This document shows, piece by piece, positions 61,382 through 64,000 of a stretch of 64,000 bases of DNA (position 1 is its first letter; each line of letters begins with the position of its first letter). The translations under genes and the position numbers were made by a program. The notes below the pieces were generated by a model. The model saw nothing but the letters and a program-made list of their open reading frames with translations, was not told where the DNA came from and did no database searches. The DNA is from Rhizodiscina lignyota (Eukaryota): the NCBI GenBank assembly GCA_010015805.1, contig ML978123.1:2728001-2792000 (forward strand), in the 5' to 3' direction.

Positions 61382-64000
61382 ATGGATCCGAGCGTTCTGC
61401 TCCTCCGGCTCAAAGAGATACCTGGTTATGAATGGGCTGCGGATTGCTTCCACAGGTATTAAAGTTAGGCGTGTATGGTACATTGTGAATTAATCCTGCC
61501 TAGTTCATTCGACAACTATCACTTCTTTGGGAAGCAATACTTGACCCCAAATCCACACCACATCACATCGTCACCTTCACACGCTCCTCGAGCGAGTCCA
61601 TCGCGTATACTGAGCAACGAAATACGACCCCCTCTCAGACCGCACAAATCATCCAATAGCGAGACGAGCATAGCGACGACTGCTATTAATGATGCAGAAC
61701 AGGAGCCACAAGTGCGCTGGGTTATAGGGCGCATATCGGTCCACGCTCTTCGTTTAGAGCGTGAGTACCGCATATCGAAGCTGATCTCTTCCAAAGAAGA
61801 AGGATATGCGAAACACTTCGTCACTCCTGTCGAATTCGTTCGCCTACCGCCACGAAAAGATGGCGATCCATCTCTCGTCGTCTCAATCTTCGTATGTCCG
61901 GGGACGAATTATCTCAAAGACGTTGTGGAGCTGGGACCAAATGCCTACAGGATGGAGCAAGGAATCGACAGCCAGGACTGGGACCGCACACCGTTCAGGC
62001 ATGAGGAGATACCTTTGGCGGTCTTCCTGGATTTCGCCGTTGGTGCCACATCGGCATTGGAGATACTGCATCATCAATTCCGCCTCATACATGGAGAATT
62101 GAGGGGGGACGCATTTCACTTTTGCAGGGAATCTGGTGCTGTCAAGATGATCAATTTCGGCTCCGGTTCACGATCGTTCGAGAACGGTTTGACGTCCGCT
62201 GGATGGTCCTCGCTAAGTCGACAAGTAGACATCCAACACAAGCTGCAATTTGTCGCCCCAGAGCAAACTGGGCGGATGCCGGCCGAGCCAGACAGTCGAA
62301 CAGACATCTATAGCTTAGGTGTTCTTTTCTATACTTTGTTGACGGGCGAGCCTGCATTCGATGGTCAGACGCCGTTCGATGTTATGCAGAATGTTCTTTC
62401 GAAAAAGATCCCTTACATTTCATCTAAAAGAGTCGATATACCGGACGCTATCTCGAAAGTCATTCAGAAGATGACGCAGAAAAGTGTCGAAGAACGTTAC
62501 TTCTCCCCTACCGGTGTCAAGCATGATTTGTTACAAATACAGAGGATGATATGCGACGGCGATTCCGATGAGCTAGACACGTTTCAAGTCGGAACTCAAG
62601 ACGTCTCGTCCTTCTTCGTCCTGCCTTCGCAACTGGTAGGTCGCGACAAGGAACGTCAGACCTTGAAGAATATCATTGAAGCGGTTGCGAAGAAGACTAC
62701 AACATCTCCTGCCAAAAAAGGATGGCTTGCCAGTCTTAGCTCAAATTCAAATTCGTCGCTCTCTGAATCAAAGATTGCAGAGAGTGGTCAATTGGATGAT
62801 TTAATCTCTGACTCTACGAGTTCGACAGGCTCGCTAAGCCGAGCAAACGTGAACGGCACCACAGGACCTATCTTCTTAGAGGATGCTCGACAGCAAAATT
62901 CTCAAGAAAGTGTCGGTGTTGTGAAGTCCGATGGGAGTTCGACCAATGGCTTGACCCGGGAACCGTCGATGGAGAGGCTCCACATGCATGGCAGCCGCGA
63001 TAGTCGTGGAAGCCGCACAAACACAGATAGAGGCTCAGCGAGCATCTTTTCAGGCCACGGACCCGCCTCCAACGAACCATCAATGCTACTTCGAAATGCA
63101 CACAAGCTGAAAAAGAGATCTCGCACTGAAGTTGTCATCATCCAAGGAGGTGCAGGCTATGGCAAGACATCCTTAGTGCAGAGCATCTGGCCGATTGCGC
63201 GAGCAGCAGGCGGATATGTAGCTACTGCAAAGTTCAACCAGGCGAGAAAAACTCCGTTCGACGTCGTTTTGAAGATCCTATCGTCATTGTTCAGACAAAT
63301 TTTCTCGGAAAGCGATCTCTCGACTCCCTACCATCAGTATATCCGGGCGAATGTTGGTCCTTTTTGGCACACACTGAGAAGCTATCTCGATCTTCCTGAG
63401 GGACTTCTTGGGCTGGGAACCAACCATGGATCGTCAACTCCGCACTCTCACACCTTGAGCTCGTCATCACTTCAGATAGCCGGCCCGCATGGCCCCAATG
63501 GGTCTCGTCGACAGTCTTCTCCGGCCATAGCCTGCGGCAGTATGGGGTAAGTTATATCTGAATGAGCTAGTTTCTCTCGAGCGTATGGATCCTACAACGG
63601 CGCCACTTTTCCGCGATAACGAGGAGCAAACCTCTCAAGGCAGACTGGGCAAGGTACGCCCGAACCTCAACTCATTATGAGCGTACAGGTCTTGTAACGG
63701 CGTCTCTTTCCGCGACAACGGAAAGCAGATCTGCCAAGGCAGGCCTGGAAAGCTGCTCCCTGGCAATCTCGAATGTACACTCACAGTATGCGGAAGCTTT
63801 TCGGAAGTACTAAAATCGACTGTAAAAGAGTGGCTCTGTAGACTGTTCGCTCGCGGGAAACTAGCTCCTTAAATACATGTTGGACTTTTGCTAACTTGCC
63901 GATGTTGTTTTAGACACACTGTGGCTGACTGGCTCAAAAAAGGGGGCTCCCAATCTTCTCAATTCAGGAATATGTTCATCGGCGTCCTCCGCATATTGTC
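61382..64000 (+). CDS. Group X-type hybrid histidine kinase (Chk1/Mak2-3-like), 5' part: Ser/Thr kinase-like plus ATPase domains, truncated by window end
   Basis: Exon 1 at 61382-61455, introns 61456-61503 and 63547-63913. LEREY, HGELRGDAFHF, APEQTGRM, DIYSLGV, LVGRDKE, Walker A GGAGYGKT. HK/receiver domains are not in the window, so they are inferred. Confidence 0.85.
63579..63760 (+). repeat. Diverged direct duplication with 100-nt period inside the histidine-kinase intron
   Basis: GAGCGTA..AACGGCG..TTTCCGCGA.AACG..AGCA..CAAGGCAG.CTGG starts at 63579 and again at 63679. Confidence 0.8.

Overview
Gene-dense, intron-containing nuclear DNA from a filamentous ascomycete (Pezizomycotina, inferred from gene content and short GT-AG introns with CTRAY branch points). 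About 28 protein-coding genes, mostly housekeeping: a PAS kinase, a PPR protein, PIN4, CLU1, GatB/PET112, a TFIIIC subunit, VPS62, DBP3, RRP14, a divergent complex I pair (TYKY/NDUFS8 and mitochondrial ACP), VPS74, a DAL5-type permease, LCP5 and the 5' part of a group X hybrid histidine kinase. Exon structures were rebuilt by hand from splice signals and frame continuity. Family calls come from motif recognition, not database searches. I found no transposon, tRNA, rRNA or secondary-metabolite cluster, and no clear-cut new multi-gene system. The best leads are: (1) an intronless bacterial YgeA-type Asp/Glu racemase homolog whose catalytic site is rewritten; (2) a PAS-kinase 5' region where a weak 47-nt intron decides between a fused protein and a uORF ending in a TGATG stop/start overlap; (3) an uncharacterised protein with AP-1/GGA ear-binding and clathrin motifs; (4) a minisatellite with a RIP-like mutation pattern; (5) a 100-bp internal duplication in a histidine-kinase intron.
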